DNA from: Harriotta raleighana
Taxonomy: Eukaryota
Assembly (NCBI GenBank): GCA_050575255.1
Contig: JBNZDD010013658.1
Coordinates: 3,869,648 to 3,933,647, forward strand
DNA length: 64,000 bases
Reading direction: 5' to 3'
Shown here: piece after piece, positions 52,200 through 64,000 of the stretch
How the letters are laid out: each line of letters opens with the position of its first letter
Numbering within the stretch: position 1 is the first letter of the stretch
Program-made: the position numbers and the translations under genes
The notes under the pieces: generated by a model
Told to the model about the DNA's origin: nothing
Database searches by the model: none
Seen by the model: only the letters and a program-made list of their open reading frames with translations

Positions 52200-52500
52200 C
52201 AATGGAAAGGTACATTGGCATGATTCACTGCTTTCCGGAAAGAAGAGGTGAAGGAAGGAAATCAGAAAACAATTTTGGAAGAAAAAATACACAAACTAGA
52301 CCTCTCGGCACTGAAACTGTTGAATTGGGCCTGGTTTCAGGCCATGGATTTGTGCCCAGTGTAAATTACATTGAAACTCATTCCACATGTGACCATTAAC
52401 AGACAACCATCTTTGCAAAATGACCTTGACCCGTCATATCTGGGTCTGATTCCAATCCTGCTCTCCAAGGGAAAAAGCATTGACTCAGATCACTGTCGAA
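52200..52500 (-). mobile_element. LF-SINE-like element, degraded
   Basis: Minus strand GGATTGGAATCAGACCCAG...AGGTCATT...GATGGTTGT...CACATGTGGAATGAGTT...GAAACCAGGCCCAATT is colinear with the LF-SINE consensus as I recall it. Confidence 0.4.
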
Positions 52501-53695
52501 CTCTTTAGTGGTACATAAAGAACAAAATCCATTTCTCCATTGAAGTTATTGCTGATATTCTCAATGACAGTAGACCTGTATAGTGCCACAGTACTTAACC
52601 CATTGCAATATGTTCTTGTAAATGTACACAAATAACAGCTTTAAATACAGTACGGCTTACACACAAGGCTGATGTATTGAGGTATCATTTTTACTTCAAC
52701 TCAATATTTCTTACATCATTACAATGTCTTCATTATATAGACAGACTGTGGGCATTTTATTCCAAAAATAAGAGAAAAAAGTATATTTTTTATATAGCTA
52801 GACATTCCTCACCGCCTCCTAAAAGTACAACAAAAATCTTTGGTTCAACTCAGTTAATTACCAAGCAATGTCTCTTTGTCTGCATTAAATGAAGTGGTTA
52901 GTATTGCTATTACATTACTTACAGCTCAGATTGATGACCTGCGCAGTTCACATCACTTGTGGGTTTTGTGGTCTTTTTAATCTCCACATTTCACTGAGCT
53001 GGAATCTGTGGCTTTAATATTTATCCAAAAAGTTTGTTTCATTTGTATTTGTTTCTTGTTTTTAAATGAGAATTGTATCCATTACATGTGCTGCTATAAG
53101 ATTTAAAATTAGTATAACACTGCAGTGCACTTGAATTGTAAGAATATTTCTACTAGGAATAGTGAAAAAAAATACATACCTATGATTGTTACCCTTTTCT
53201 TGAAAAAAATTCAGTACTTTTGGATCAAAGCCAGCAGAGGTGTCAAGTTCCATATGCCCTTGTCATCGGCTGCTGTGCTAGTTTTGCAGTACAGGCAGCA
53301 GCTGCGAGACAAAATAATCTAAATTCTCACATGTTTCTTTCCTTCAGGAAATAACTGACATTACTGTGCAATCCTGCCAGTTAATGGTGCCACACCTTAT
53401 GTTTGTGTGCTGAAAATTGTGCCCTATGTGATTAAAATGTTAACCCTTGGTCTCCCAAGGACGCCCGTAGCACTGTATAGAACACAGATTGCAATTCCAT
53501 TGACTTTAATAATTACCAAAGGATATGATTTGATTTTGTTCATTTATTCTTACGTTAATCATTTTGAAAATATTCAATAGGGTCTAGTGCGGTGACAATT
53601 TATACTGACTCTTCTGAGTAAGGAAACTAAATGTCATGCAAGTGCAGGAACTCGCCTCTAATGTTGTCTACTATTGGTACACGTTGACATAAAAT

Positions 53696-54051
53696 TATAA
53701 TAATAAAAATCATTGCATTTGATATAACTCCTTATCACGTCTTCAAGATGTCTCAAAACATGTCACACAATATACTGTAAAGTGAATTGACTGTATATTT
53801 TGTGGGGAAATGTGGCAGCCAATTGTGCACAGCAGTGTCTCATGGATTGAAATGACCAATTTTTTTTTAAGGAATTATTATCCCCGGAAAAGCAATCCGC
53901 CAATTGACTAACAACCGAGTTCCTATTTTCTGCTAGGTAAACAGAGGTTTACAGAGGTGTAGAGTAAGGTTACTTGCCCCAAATTTTGTGCAGTTGGAAA
54001 TCAAACACGGATCTCTCGCTTACGATGTGATTGCTCTAACCACTAAGCCAC
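53696..54051 (-). mobile_element. SINE family A, long form with Meta-like domain
   Basis: Minus strand CTCTGTTTACCTAGCAGAAAATAGGAACTCGGTTGTTAGTCAATT between head and body, as in 7807-8168. Confidence 0.82.
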
Positions 54052-55200
54052 TGTTATGACAGTTATCAAGGGATCCCAATAGGAATCTTTGTATTTTAGA
54101 CACCCATTGTTCAAATAAATATTGAGTAACCTTACATTTTATTTTCTAACGAAATATTCTTGGTCGATATTCGATTAAAAGTTGATCAGAAGTTAATGTT
54201 TCAAACCAGAAACTCATGTTATTTTCCTCGCCTCGTTTATTGAGGCGGAATTTAAAATAACGCACAGGAAATGCAATAACAACACAAGACAAACAGGTTT
54301 GATCTTGTAGTTTGGGTTCCATAAACCTTTCATGTATAACTCTAAAGCAATTTATCTCTTCAGTGTCATTTTCAGTTACACAAGCAAACTTTCAAGAATT
54401 GCCACTCATGTTACCGAGTACATTTTCAGGAATTAATGACTATGAATCATTCAGATTCCATACAAAAGGACAGCGTCATTAGTGTTCCATGATTTAGAAG
54501 GGCAGACATTAAATTTATTTTCCCTGAAAGACATACATGCATTGCTATTTTCAGAATGTATGTGTTTTGGACAAGACTATGGTTATTGTCTGCAGCACAG
54601 ACTGAATGACAATATGATCACCAATGATGCACCCGTGGTCCTATGTTACTCCACACATCTCACCCTAGAAAATTGCTTCATGGCACATTTCAACTGCATG
54701 ACTATAATCCTTAAATGATCCTCTGATTATCAGCTTTAACAAATAGAATATTGAATGCTAATGAACTTGTTATTCAAGCAAGAAAGAGAGTCAGAACAAG
54801 CTTGACTGCCACAGCTTAGAACCTCTCCACTAATGATCATAATAAACATTCATGGATATTTTATGTTGACATAGGGGACAGACAGCCTTTCCTTCAAGCT
54901 TTAATCAACTCTGTTCCATATTCCAGTATTAAGGGAGAGGGGGAAACATTCATTATCATCAGTTGATCACCACTTTAACTCAAGAAAAACAGAGCAATTT
55001 ACATACTACCCTGTGCACAATATTCAGCTAAATTGTCTTGTAACATCACACAAATCCTGTTTCAGTGTCATTAATGCAATGTCAGGGGATTGTGGAAGTA
55101 CATTTAACATAATTGAAATAACTCCCACAAGTTTAGCTGATGTGTATCACTGAACAAAAACGGTATCAAATGGAGCACGTAACCCCCTTCTCACATACAG

Positions 55201-55208
55201 TGACGTCA
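55201..55208. promoter_or_regulatory. full CRE palindrome TGACGTCA
   Basis: Exact match with intact CpG inside a unique block (about 54850-55450); motif only. Confidence 0.25.
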
Positions 55209-55630
55209 GTCTGTGGTTGGAGAGAAATCTTCCATTTCTTCGCCTGCAGACTACATTTTCAACAGCCATGAAAGTGCACCTTCATCCTCTGTCACACTGT
55301 CAAGAAAGGCTTTCAGCAGATCAGTAGTTAATGAGAATGAAAACTTCTCCAAAACCATATGCTTTAAACCTCTGCCACAACTGGCAGGCAAAATAGTGTA
55401 ACAATACCTTCCTTGCCAGTAATTAATTAACACAAAGGATTGCATTGCTCTTCAAACTCCCGGTTCAAACAATTCCAATTTAAAGTATGCACAGAGAGTT
55501 ATTCTCTACTTATTGGTGAATTTACTAACGTTTTTACTAACTTTACTATTGTCCGCACGCACAATACCAATACCAAGATAAGTAAGTTTACCGACAAGTG
55601 GAGAATAAACACTCCACCCTATGTGTTTTT

Positions 55631-55815
55631 AATAATAATAAAATAATAATAATCATACCTGCATTTGATATAGTACCCCATCATGTCTTCGAGATATCAT
55701 AAAGCACTTCACAAAATATACTGTAAAGTGAATTGACTGTATATTTTGTGGGCAAAATGTAACAGCTAATTGAACACAGCAGACTCCCACAAACAATCTT
55801 GTATAGAGTGACCCA
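55631..55815 (-). mobile_element. SINE family A, 5'-truncated
   Basis: (AAT)n...GCATTTGATATAG...ACTGTAAAGTGAATTGACTGTATATTTTGTGGGC. Confidence 0.8.
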
Positions 55816-57079
55816 TCTTTTAAAAAAAACAAATTGCCAGAATGTGTTCTGAATAGAGCAGCTTAAGTCACAGTAATTGAGAGGCAATTGTCTGAATGCC
55901 AGTAACGTTTACAGTCATCTCATAACACTTGGAAACAGCAATGGTATCCACATCGAATAAGTCATTGGATAGTGTTTACCAGTTTCCAATGTTGAAGGTG
56001 AGTTTGCAAAACTGCTCCAAATGTACCAATTCACCTGATAAAGTGGTGGTGGTGATGGTGGGGGAAATCCAAATAAAGTGCTTTAACATGCCAACGTATG
56101 TGTTATTCAGATCAATTACTCAGTGGACAGACATTTCTCCAGATATTAATATAGAATGGCTTCTCCCATTTCTGGCACCCTTTAAAATAGAATATTGAAA
56201 ATTGTAATTTGTGAAATTTAAGCCATGTCTAAATAAACAATAAACAAGAACCTAAAAGTAAAGCTAAACTGAAAACTGAAAAGGATTCTAGTATATTTTA
56301 GAGGATTACTACCACCTGTGCAATGTACTCATCCGAATTGTTTTTAATTGCAATTTATTCTGATTTTATTAGGGAAGGGATGACATATGTGGAACAGTCC
56401 ATATCTTTTAAATTTTCAATGATGTGTTCTTTGACACAAGTGCTAACCAACAAATGACAGGTTGCAATTTTCAATGAAGGAGTACATTGGATCTGAGATT
56501 CAGGCACAGAAGTGCTGGAATTGGGACAGATCATACATAAGGAAAAGGTTTGCAGCCCTAGAATACCTGGGATGAATGGAGAAGCAAAGTATAAGGAGAT
56601 TGAGTTTTTTTCCAGGAAGCAATTACTGAACTTGTCAAATAGCAGAAGATGACCTGTGGGTCTTCGCTGTAACAGGAACTGCTCTGCCTGAGGATGGAAA
56701 GGTCACAGCTGCCCTGAATATTTTTGCCACTGTCTCATGTCAATTATCTATTGATGATTTAGCAGATATTATTTAGAGCACAATATCCACTTATTATAAT
56801 AATAAGAAAAATAATAGTAATAATAATAGTCCGTACATTCGATATAGTAACTTTGACCTCAGAATTATATCTCAAACTGTCACAGGATTTATTGTAACAT
56901 GTAGGGACTGTATTTCGTAGGTAAATCTGACAACCTTTGCACCCATCAATGTCCTACATTAATGTCTCAAGATGTGAGTGAAGTACTGTTACTGAAGGTT
57001 CATTTATTTTCACAGAGGTAAAGCATATCAGTTGGAGAGACAGAAAACGATTACGCCATATCTGTATTCTGTACTGCAT

Positions 57080-57208
57080 AATTGTAGGCTGCTGCATACA
57101 CATATATATATAGTCAATTCACTTTACAGTATATTGTATGAAGTGCTCTGAGACATCTAGAAGAAGATGACCTGTGGGCTATATCAAATGCAAGGATTAT
57201 TATTATTA
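57080..57208 (+). mobile_element. SINE family A 3' fragment with a patched tail
   Basis: GTCAATTCACTTTACAGTATATT...CATCTAGAAG...CTATATCAAATGCAAGG(ATT)n. Confidence 0.8.
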
Positions 57209-57226
57209 CTGTACAACTATGGCATT

Positions 57227-57330
57227 CAATCAATCAATCAATCAAAATTTTATTTATATAGCGCCTTTCACGTCGGGAGGACGTCCCAAAGCGCTGTACA
57301 GCCAAGTGGGGGGGGGGGTGGGGGGGGAGG
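57227..57330 (-). mobile_element. young L2 tail with (ATTG)n terminus
   Basis: (CAAT)n...TATAGCGCCTTTCACGTCGGGAGGACGTCCCAAAGCGCTG with CpGs intact. Confidence 0.8.
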
Positions 57331-57689
57331 CTTCACTTTATGCTGAATGAAGAAAGCACCTGAACCATAAGCATGGAGAAAGAAAGACTCCACTTGCCGG
57401 CGCATACAGCAGGTGAGGTTAGGTAGAACCTAATTGCCCCTATTTCAAAAAGCTAATCTCCAATGTTAAAAAGATTCACATACACGAGTCTGGTTGATTC
57501 CATGCATATGATACAAGCAGTTTATCCTGGTCACCAGTCCTTCAGATTAATTAATAATTTCCCTCCTGCCTGTTCCTGGAATTTTGGTGGCACAATATAT
57601 TTAAATTAATAACTTCCTTAATACCTACCTCTTCATCTGCACCTATGGTCATCTCTCCTTCCCTCTTGTACAGCATTCTGTATAGAATT

Positions 57690-58026
57690 GAAGTCCTGTA
57701 GCTCAGTGGTTAGAGCACTCACCTTACAAGCGTTAGAATTGTATTCAAATCCAGGTCGGTCAGGGCGAAACCCTGGGCAAAATTCCTTACTCCACATACC
57801 TAATAATAATCCCTCCAAAAAAAAACAATAATAAAATTGGTTATTTCAATCCACAACTGTTTTTGGGAAACTGTTGTGTGCAATTGGCTGCTGCGTTTTG
57901 CCCACGTATCTATATATATATATATATATAGTCAATTCACTTTACAGGATATTCTGTGAAGCGCTTTGAGACGTCTAGAAGACGTGAAAAGCACTGTATC
58001 AAATGCAAGGATTATTATATTATTAT
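57690..58026 (+). mobile_element. SINE family A (short form), full length, with internal (TA)n expansion
   Basis: GAAGTCCTGTAGCTCAGTGGTTAGAGCACTC...GAGACGTCTAGAAGACGTGAAAAGCAC...(ATT)n. Confidence 0.92.
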
Positions 58027-58356
58027 TCTGAGGTGCTTTGATGCATGAAGACCACTTTATGATGCAATTGTTGTTATTGCTATTCTGTTTGCCAATTAAG
58101 TCACCATACTTGACAGTGATTTTGTATGAAGTATTTTGTAATGTTTCAATGTGATCAAACTCTATAAAAACGAGAGTTCTTTTTCCTATACTTATTATTC
58201 TATAATTAATATTTGCCACATTAAATCTTATCATTTTTACACCATTATTTGGAGTTGATGGTACTCCATGCATAGTTCAAAGTACAGGCAAGTACATGTA
58301 AGAAAGACTCTAATGGAGAAATGGCTATTTAAATGTTCTGATTGTTTTGCATGAAT

Positions 58357-58462
58357 ACAACAACAACAAAATTACATTCTTAGACGTCGGGAGGACGTCC
58401 TTGGTGCTGAATAGTCAGGTCGAGATCTGAGCAAGGGGGAGGGGTAAGGGGGAGTGGAGGGG
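58357..58462 (-). mobile_element. L2 tail fragment
   Basis: (CAA)n AAATTACATT...ACGTCGGGAGGACGTCC...AGTCAGGTCGAGATCTGAGC. Confidence 0.75.
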
Positions 58463-58599
58463 AATAAAATATAGGTTGACTATATATACACAACCATGTT
58501 GCTGGAAAGGTTCTTTGAGCAGTCAACAAGACTTTGACCTGTTGTTGATGCCCATCACTAATTTGCAAAACATTCCTTCAACTTACAGTACTTATCTCT

Positions 58600-58810
58600 T
58601 TTCCTCATAGCACTGAAACGTGATCATTTTCAGCAAGTTGCTAGTTCCTTTTTGAAACATGCCATAGTGCATTGTTCCACCACCTGTGTTGGCAGTTTGT
58701 TCCACATGCCTAGCACCCTTTAAGTAAACATAATTTCTCCTGCACTTTCTATTCACTTTTGTTGTCCTTATTTTGAATCTTATGATCCTTTTTTTGCTCT
58801 TGCGTTTTCT
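58600..58810 (-). mobile_element. CR1 3' fragment
   Basis: ORF 58592-58837 gives RFKIR...CRRNY; another frame gives VLGMWNKLPTQVVE (CR1 ORF2 end). Confidence 0.65.
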
Positions 58811-59369
58811 ACACAACAGAGAAAAAAATATTGGCATCCAAATTTTTTAAACCCTTAATTTGACTCTGATTGCTCCACTGGATGTCACAAACAGTGGATA
58901 TCAGAGTGCTGCTCCTAGGAATCTGGAGCTTTCCTATGTGTTTGTGAATTATCCGCCTTCCACAAATAATTGTTCTTTTAGAGATTCTTAATGGCTGACA
59001 ACTGAAAAATGGTCTGCTATTCTCTCATAATTATAGATCAAGAATGCTATGTTTATAACATTCTCAATACTTGTGAAAGAACACAAAAGGATTCAGATGT
59101 AAAAAAGCTTCTCTACATTCACAAAGAGGAAAGCTAATTTTCAACCAGTCTTAAATGTTAATCCAACTATCTATAAATTCCCTACACATAATGAAGGAAA
59201 AATGATTTCCAAAAATAAACCCTAAAAGTAAAGCAAGATTGAAAAATGAAATGGATTCCATTATATTTTATAGAATATTACCAATGTAGTCAACTTTGAT
59301 TTTTTAAAACTGCAATACCGTATATTCTGATTTTCTTAATGAACAACTGTTTAGTATTATCATGCAAAA

Positions 59370-60040
59370 TACAACAACAACAAAATTACACTTGTATAGT
59401 GCCTTTCACATCAGGAGGACATCCCAAGGTCCTGGAACAGGGAGGGTGGAGAGGGAAAGGAAGGGATTGGGGTATCTGATGGCACTGTCGAAGAAGAGGG
59501 TCTAGAGGTGGGACTTGAAGGAGACTAGGGAGGGACTGCTGGATAGAATTCCAGAGGTGTGGGCAAAGTGGCTGAAGGCTCACTCACCAATGGTGGAGCA
59601 GAGGTGTGAGGGGAATGGAGAGGACCAGAGTCTAATGAGTGAAGGAGGAAGGCAGGTTTGTATGGGAATAGGAGGTCGCAGAGATAGGGGATGGTAAGAC
59701 CATGGAGGGCTTTGAAGGTATGGACCAAGATCTGAATTGATTCATCTGGGTGATGGGGAGCCAATCGAGTTGGGCAAGAATGGGGAGATGAGGTCACGGG
59801 GTGAAAGAGGACAGGGGTTGCAGAGTTCTTGATTATCTGCACCCTAGGGCATTATCATAGTCAAGCTTGGGTGCAATGATGGCATGAATGAAGGTTTCAG
59901 TGGCCTGAGGAGTGAGGTAGTAATGGAGTTTGGCAATTTTGCAGAGGTGAGGGAAGGCAGAGTGGGTCATAGCTTGTATGTCGGGAAGGAAAGACAGTTG
60001 AAGATTAAACATGACACCAAGGTTCCTGACTGGTTTGGTG
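59370..60040 (-). mobile_element. L2 LINE 3' fragment
   Basis: ORF 59525-59842 QIIKNSA...IQILVHTFKALHGLTIPYLCDLLFPY; (CAA)n tail at 59370. Confidence 0.9.
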
Positions 60041-60172
60041 AGGTTGTATGTGCAACCATGGAGATGTGTGAAGGCACTGGCGTGAGCCAGTTAGGAGGGC
60101 TTCGGTCTTGTTGACATACACTGTGGAAAGTTAGCTCTCACCTAGGACTTGATGTCTGTCTGGAACCTTTAT

Positions 60173-60518
60173 CAGTGACTGAGCTGGGCGGACACAGTGA
60201 CTGAGCTGGGCGGACACAGTGACTGAGCTGAGCCGACACAGTGACTGAGCAGGTCTGACCCTGGGTCCAATCTGTGCTGACACAGGCCAGCCTGACCTGG
60301 ACGGACACTTGCCTGAGCTGGGCTGACATATGGCTAAGATGGGCTGTCACACGGCCTGACCTGGGCTGATGCAGAGACTGCGCTGGACTGACATTTGGCT
60401 GAGGTGGGTTGACACTGCGCTGAGCCAGGCTGACATAGTGTGTAAGCTGTGGTTAAACCGGGCCTGCGCTGCGCTGAAACAGAGACTGAGCTGGGTTGAA
60501 ACATAGTCTGAGTTGGCC
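60173..60518. repeat. GC-rich 20-22-bp minisatellite, about 16 units
   Basis: CAGTGACTGAGCTGGGCGGACA twice perfect, then progressively diverged units around the core CTGAGCTGGGCTGACA. Confidence 0.9.
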
Positions 60519-60525
60519 TTACAAA

Positions 60526-60828
60526 GGAGTCATGTAGCTCAATGGTTAGAGTGAGACCTGTGTTCCAATCCAGGCAGGTTAGGGCGAAACCTTGGGCAAG
60601 GTTACTCCACATGCCTAATAATAACTCTTCCAAAAATAAACCACAATAATAAAATTGGTCATTTGAATCCGCGACTGTTTATGGGACACTGCTGTGCGCA
60701 ATTGGCTGCCGCGTTTTTCCCACAAATATATACAGTCAAATCACTTTACAGTATTTTCTGTGAAGAGCTTTGAGATGACTAGAAGATGTGAAAAGTGCTA
60801 TATTAAATACAAGGATTATTAATATTAT
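60526..60828 (+). mobile_element. SINE family A (short form), full length
   Basis: GGAGTCATGTAGCTCAATGGTTAGAG...GTGCGCAATTGGCTGCCGCG...tail. Confidence 0.9.
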
Positions 60829-60879
60829 CACTGTAGGATGTAAAGGTCCAAAGTACAAGACGCTGCTGTAAATTTTGAG

Positions 60880-61093
60880 TGTTAGTCCTGAAACTCTGGA
60901 ACTCCTTGCCCCAATCCCTCTGCCTTGTCCCCTCTTTACCCATCTTTAAATCACATCTGAATATTTTGCTCTTCGACTATGCTTTTGGTCACCTCCACTC
61001 CCTTTCCAGCAGGGTCTCAAACTACACCTCTGTTCAGTGCTCCGAGACACTACTGGCGTGGAGCGCATTATATAAATGATAGCTGTTGTTGTG
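60880..61093 (+). mobile_element. L2 3' fragment
   Basis: LKLWNSLPQSLCLVPSLPIFKSHL plus L2 tail. Confidence 0.8.
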
Positions 61094-62094
61094 TTGGATG
61101 CAAGCTTACCTGAAAGTGATATTGATAAGTTCTGAACAAAGAAAGTGAAAATAAATAAAGTACTCACAGTAGATTTTAATGAACTTTTCGTTTCCCCTTA
61201 GAGGTTAGCATAATGCTGTTATCGCCATCTAGGCCATTTGCTAAAGTCTGTTTCACTAGTGAAAGTTTCATTATCACGTCTAATTATGGCATGTTAAGCC
61301 TTTACTTCTCAACAATTAATGATCCTGTATTTACCACTTTTCATTTGGTGTCTTCACAGAAATAATAGATTGAAAAAGAAGTCGCCTATGAAAATGTGAA
61401 TGAAAGTCTGTCACAAATTCACATTTATAGCAAATCATTTGGCAAGCTGTATTTATAACACATATTTATAGAAAACCTCACTATTGAAGAAGATAGGTGA
61501 ACCATTTGTAAAAGGCAGTTGTAACTTTTTGTGGCAAAACTGTTTCCTGTTGCAGGGACTTTCAGTTGTTATTTGGGGAAATCCACGGGAAATAACTTTT
61601 ATTGTTCGAAACATTATGCTTTGAAATTTTTGGCTGGTGAGATTTAGGTTGTTTCTAGTCAAACCTTAAATTGTTTGTTGTCCAAATCTAATATTTTTAT
61701 ATTTAAGATGTTTATTTTATGGTCAGCTGTGTGTCTGATACATGAGGAAACCCATCACCATGCTTAAGAAAGAGAATCCAAACCAAACAGAATTCCGGGC
61801 ATCTCACCTACCTACACTGGAGCCAAGGCTTGGGACCACATAGTTGGGGTGCTGTTGCAATCTAACCAGCTAAAACCGTAAAGCTCACTTTTGATATTAT
61901 TGATTGGAAAGCTTTCCCACTGCTAGTCCAGCTAGGAATACGCTATCTATTTGGTAACGATTTGGCTTGAGGCATTATACTTAGAATACAAAGTTTGGGC
62001 TTATTCTCAAATAATGGGGAATGCTGCATTATCTAAGGTGCTGTCCTTCGGAAGAAGAGCATCTAAGTTCCTGTCTGCCTACTCAAGTGGATGT

Positions 62095-62320
62095 TACAAC
62101 AACAACAACAAATCACATTTAAATAGAGCCAGGGAGCTTCTCAGAGCACTTCAAAATGGTGGAGCTCAAGGCTGTACCGGGGGAAGGGGGAAGGTGACCA
62201 TAAGCACAGTCAAAGAGAGTCAGGCACAACCTGAAAGGAGGGGGTGAGGCAAAGGGGTTTTGGGAGGGAGTTCCAAAGTTTTGGGTAGTAGTGACTGAAA
62301 GCATGGTCACTGATGTTAGT
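62095..62320 (-). mobile_element. L2 3' fragment
   Basis: (CAA)n tail; GAGGGAGTTCCAAAGT (LWNSL on the minus strand). Confidence 0.65.
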
Positions 62321-62324
62321 GATC

Positions 62325-62558
62325 TCATGATACATATTTGAAAACAGAAGGGAGTTTCTCTCAATTTCCTGGTCAACAATCCTTCAGGTACAATTTATTA
62401 TTCAAATTTTGACTATTTGAGTGACATAGCTGTGCACAAATTGGCTGCCTAGTTGACTTGCATACACAGAGTCTATGCTTCACAGTAACACTTGTGAAGT
62501 CATTTGAGATACTTTGTTGACATAATGAGGCATTCTTTCAAATGCAAGGATTATTATA
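62325..62558 (+). mobile_element. DeuSINE 3' half
   Basis: GAAGGGAGTTTCTC...CCTGGTCAACA...GCTGTGCACAAATTGGCTGCC...AATGCAAGGATTATTA. Confidence 0.7.
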
Positions 62559-63289
62559 AAACAGCAATATTTTGAATGATAAACACAGTGTAAGGAACAA
62601 GGCACAAATGTTTATTCACTATAACAAAGTAATTCTTCTCAGTGACACTGTTTTGTTGCTATGTTGCTTGTCCCTTTATGACTATTAGAGCAATCAAGTG
62701 AGGGCTATGTTCTGTAATCTTTTTTATTGCTGATTCATATTTAATGATTAGTTTTTGCTCCTGCTATCCTAGTTAAACCATTAACAGAAATCGTAGTGAA
62801 AGGATTTTCAGCATGTCAATTACATTTATTATGTGGATTCTTGACTATTAACACTTTTTTTGCAATCAAAACTTTCACTGTGTCCAAATTATTTGAGGAT
62901 TTGTTATCAGCGCTGTAAGACATCCCACAGCAGTCAATTTATTATTCAAGGATACCCTTTTCCAAAATATAGAGTCACTACACATTACAGGGAAAAAAAC
63001 TGTGCAGCTCTACGAGACATTTTAGTATAATAAGCCGAATATTGTTATTGTAGTTTAACATTATGGGACCCGTGACTTTGTAAAGAAACAACATTTACTG
63101 TTATAAAACAGTAGAATAAAAGATTGGACAATTTATCTAGCAATGGATCCTGCAGTGAAGGCAACATGGTGGATCAAGTTGGAATATCTTGGACATTGCT
63201 CTTGCAACATTTGCTGTTGATAATAAAAGAAAAAAAAAGAAAATAGTGCTATTTACACAAAGTTCAAAATAAACATTGGGGGTCTAAAT

Positions 63290-63781
63290 GTAGAATCATA
63301 GAACCACAGGATTATACCACACAGAAGGAAGCCATTTGGCCCATCGTGTCTATTGCTGACTCTTTGAAAAGAGCTGTCCAAAACAATCCCACTCTCCTGC
63401 GCTCTCCCCATAGCCCTGTAAACTTGTCCTCCTCAAATAATTATTGACTTCTCTCTTAAAAGTTGTTATCCAAACAACCTCTGCGTGAAAAAAATTCCCC
63501 TCATCTCCCCTCTATTTCTTTTAACAACTATTTTAAATTGGTTTCCACGGGTTACTGACCTAGTCGCTTATAGAAATAGTTTCTCCTTATTCACCCTATC
63601 AAATCTCTTCATAATTTTGAAAACTTCTGTTTAGTCTTCTCTTAACCTTCTCTGCTCCAAGGAGAATAATCCTAGTCTCTCTAGCCTCTCCTGATAACTG
63701 AAGTCCCTCATTCCTGGTAAATCTCCTTTGCAGCCTCTCCAATGACTTGACATCCATCCTGAAGTGTGTTGCCCGGAACAT
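63290..63781 (-). mobile_element. CR1 LINE 3' end
   Basis: ORF 63599-63781 HFRMDVKSLERLQRRFTR (CR1 ORF2); TAGAATCATAGAA tail on the plus strand. Confidence 0.9.
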
Positions 63782-63799
63782 AAAATTTAAATTTATAAA

Positions 63800-64000
63800 T
63801 GTGTAATGTATTAAAATAAATTACCCATACATGCTCAAGATTCACTCTGGTTTATTGTGGGACCTCAGTGAATGCAAATTAAACACTGTTACTCTGCAAA
63901 TACACAGTCACTACACTTGACAGCAATTACCTGTAAAACATTTTGAGAAGTTTTGATAGCTGTCAGAGCTACATCAAATCTTAGGGTTATTATTATTTTA
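63800..64000 (+). mobile_element. Deu-type SINE 3' fragment
   Basis: TGTGGGACCTCAG...AAATACACAGTCACTACACTT...GCTACATCAAAT...(ATT)n. Confidence 0.55.

Noticed and set aside
53440-53590. piggyBac-like TTAA-CCCT start with a small hairpin
   Set aside because: No matching AGGG-TTAA end found.
61220-61240. CTCF-like motif (TAGATGGCG on the minus strand)
   Set aside because: The 5' half of the core does not match.

Overview
AT-rich vertebrate non-coding DNA. The repeat set (L2 and CR1 LINE remnants, tRNA-derived Deu-type SINEs with L2-type tails, a Penelope-like inverted-repeat remnant) points to a cartilaginous fish, probably a holocephalan; this is an inference from remembered repeat families, not a search. 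I found no host protein-coding exon. Every ORF with a recognisable product is a LINE ORF2 remnant, and the rest are microsatellite or chance ORFs. The central landmark is a CpG-rich, microsatellite-rich, transposon-depleted domain at about 20.3-31 kb. It looks like the promoter and non-coding first exon(s) of an unidentified large minus-strand gene, with candidate donors at 24286/24285, 23078/23077 and 26618/26617. That would make 1-23 kb intron and beyond about 27 kb upstream or intergenic DNA, with several CNE-like blocks. Several short duplications joined by a single N are probably assembly artefacts. I found no convincing new multi-gene system. The best leads are a long Meta-domain-like versus short form of one SINE family, a 26-bp array built on a dyad, a 17-bp inverted repeat that competes with a local hairpin, a templated patch inside a SINE tail, an L2 with a 12-bp TSD, and a uORF-dense leader exon. 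Repeat boundaries were read by eye and are approximate.
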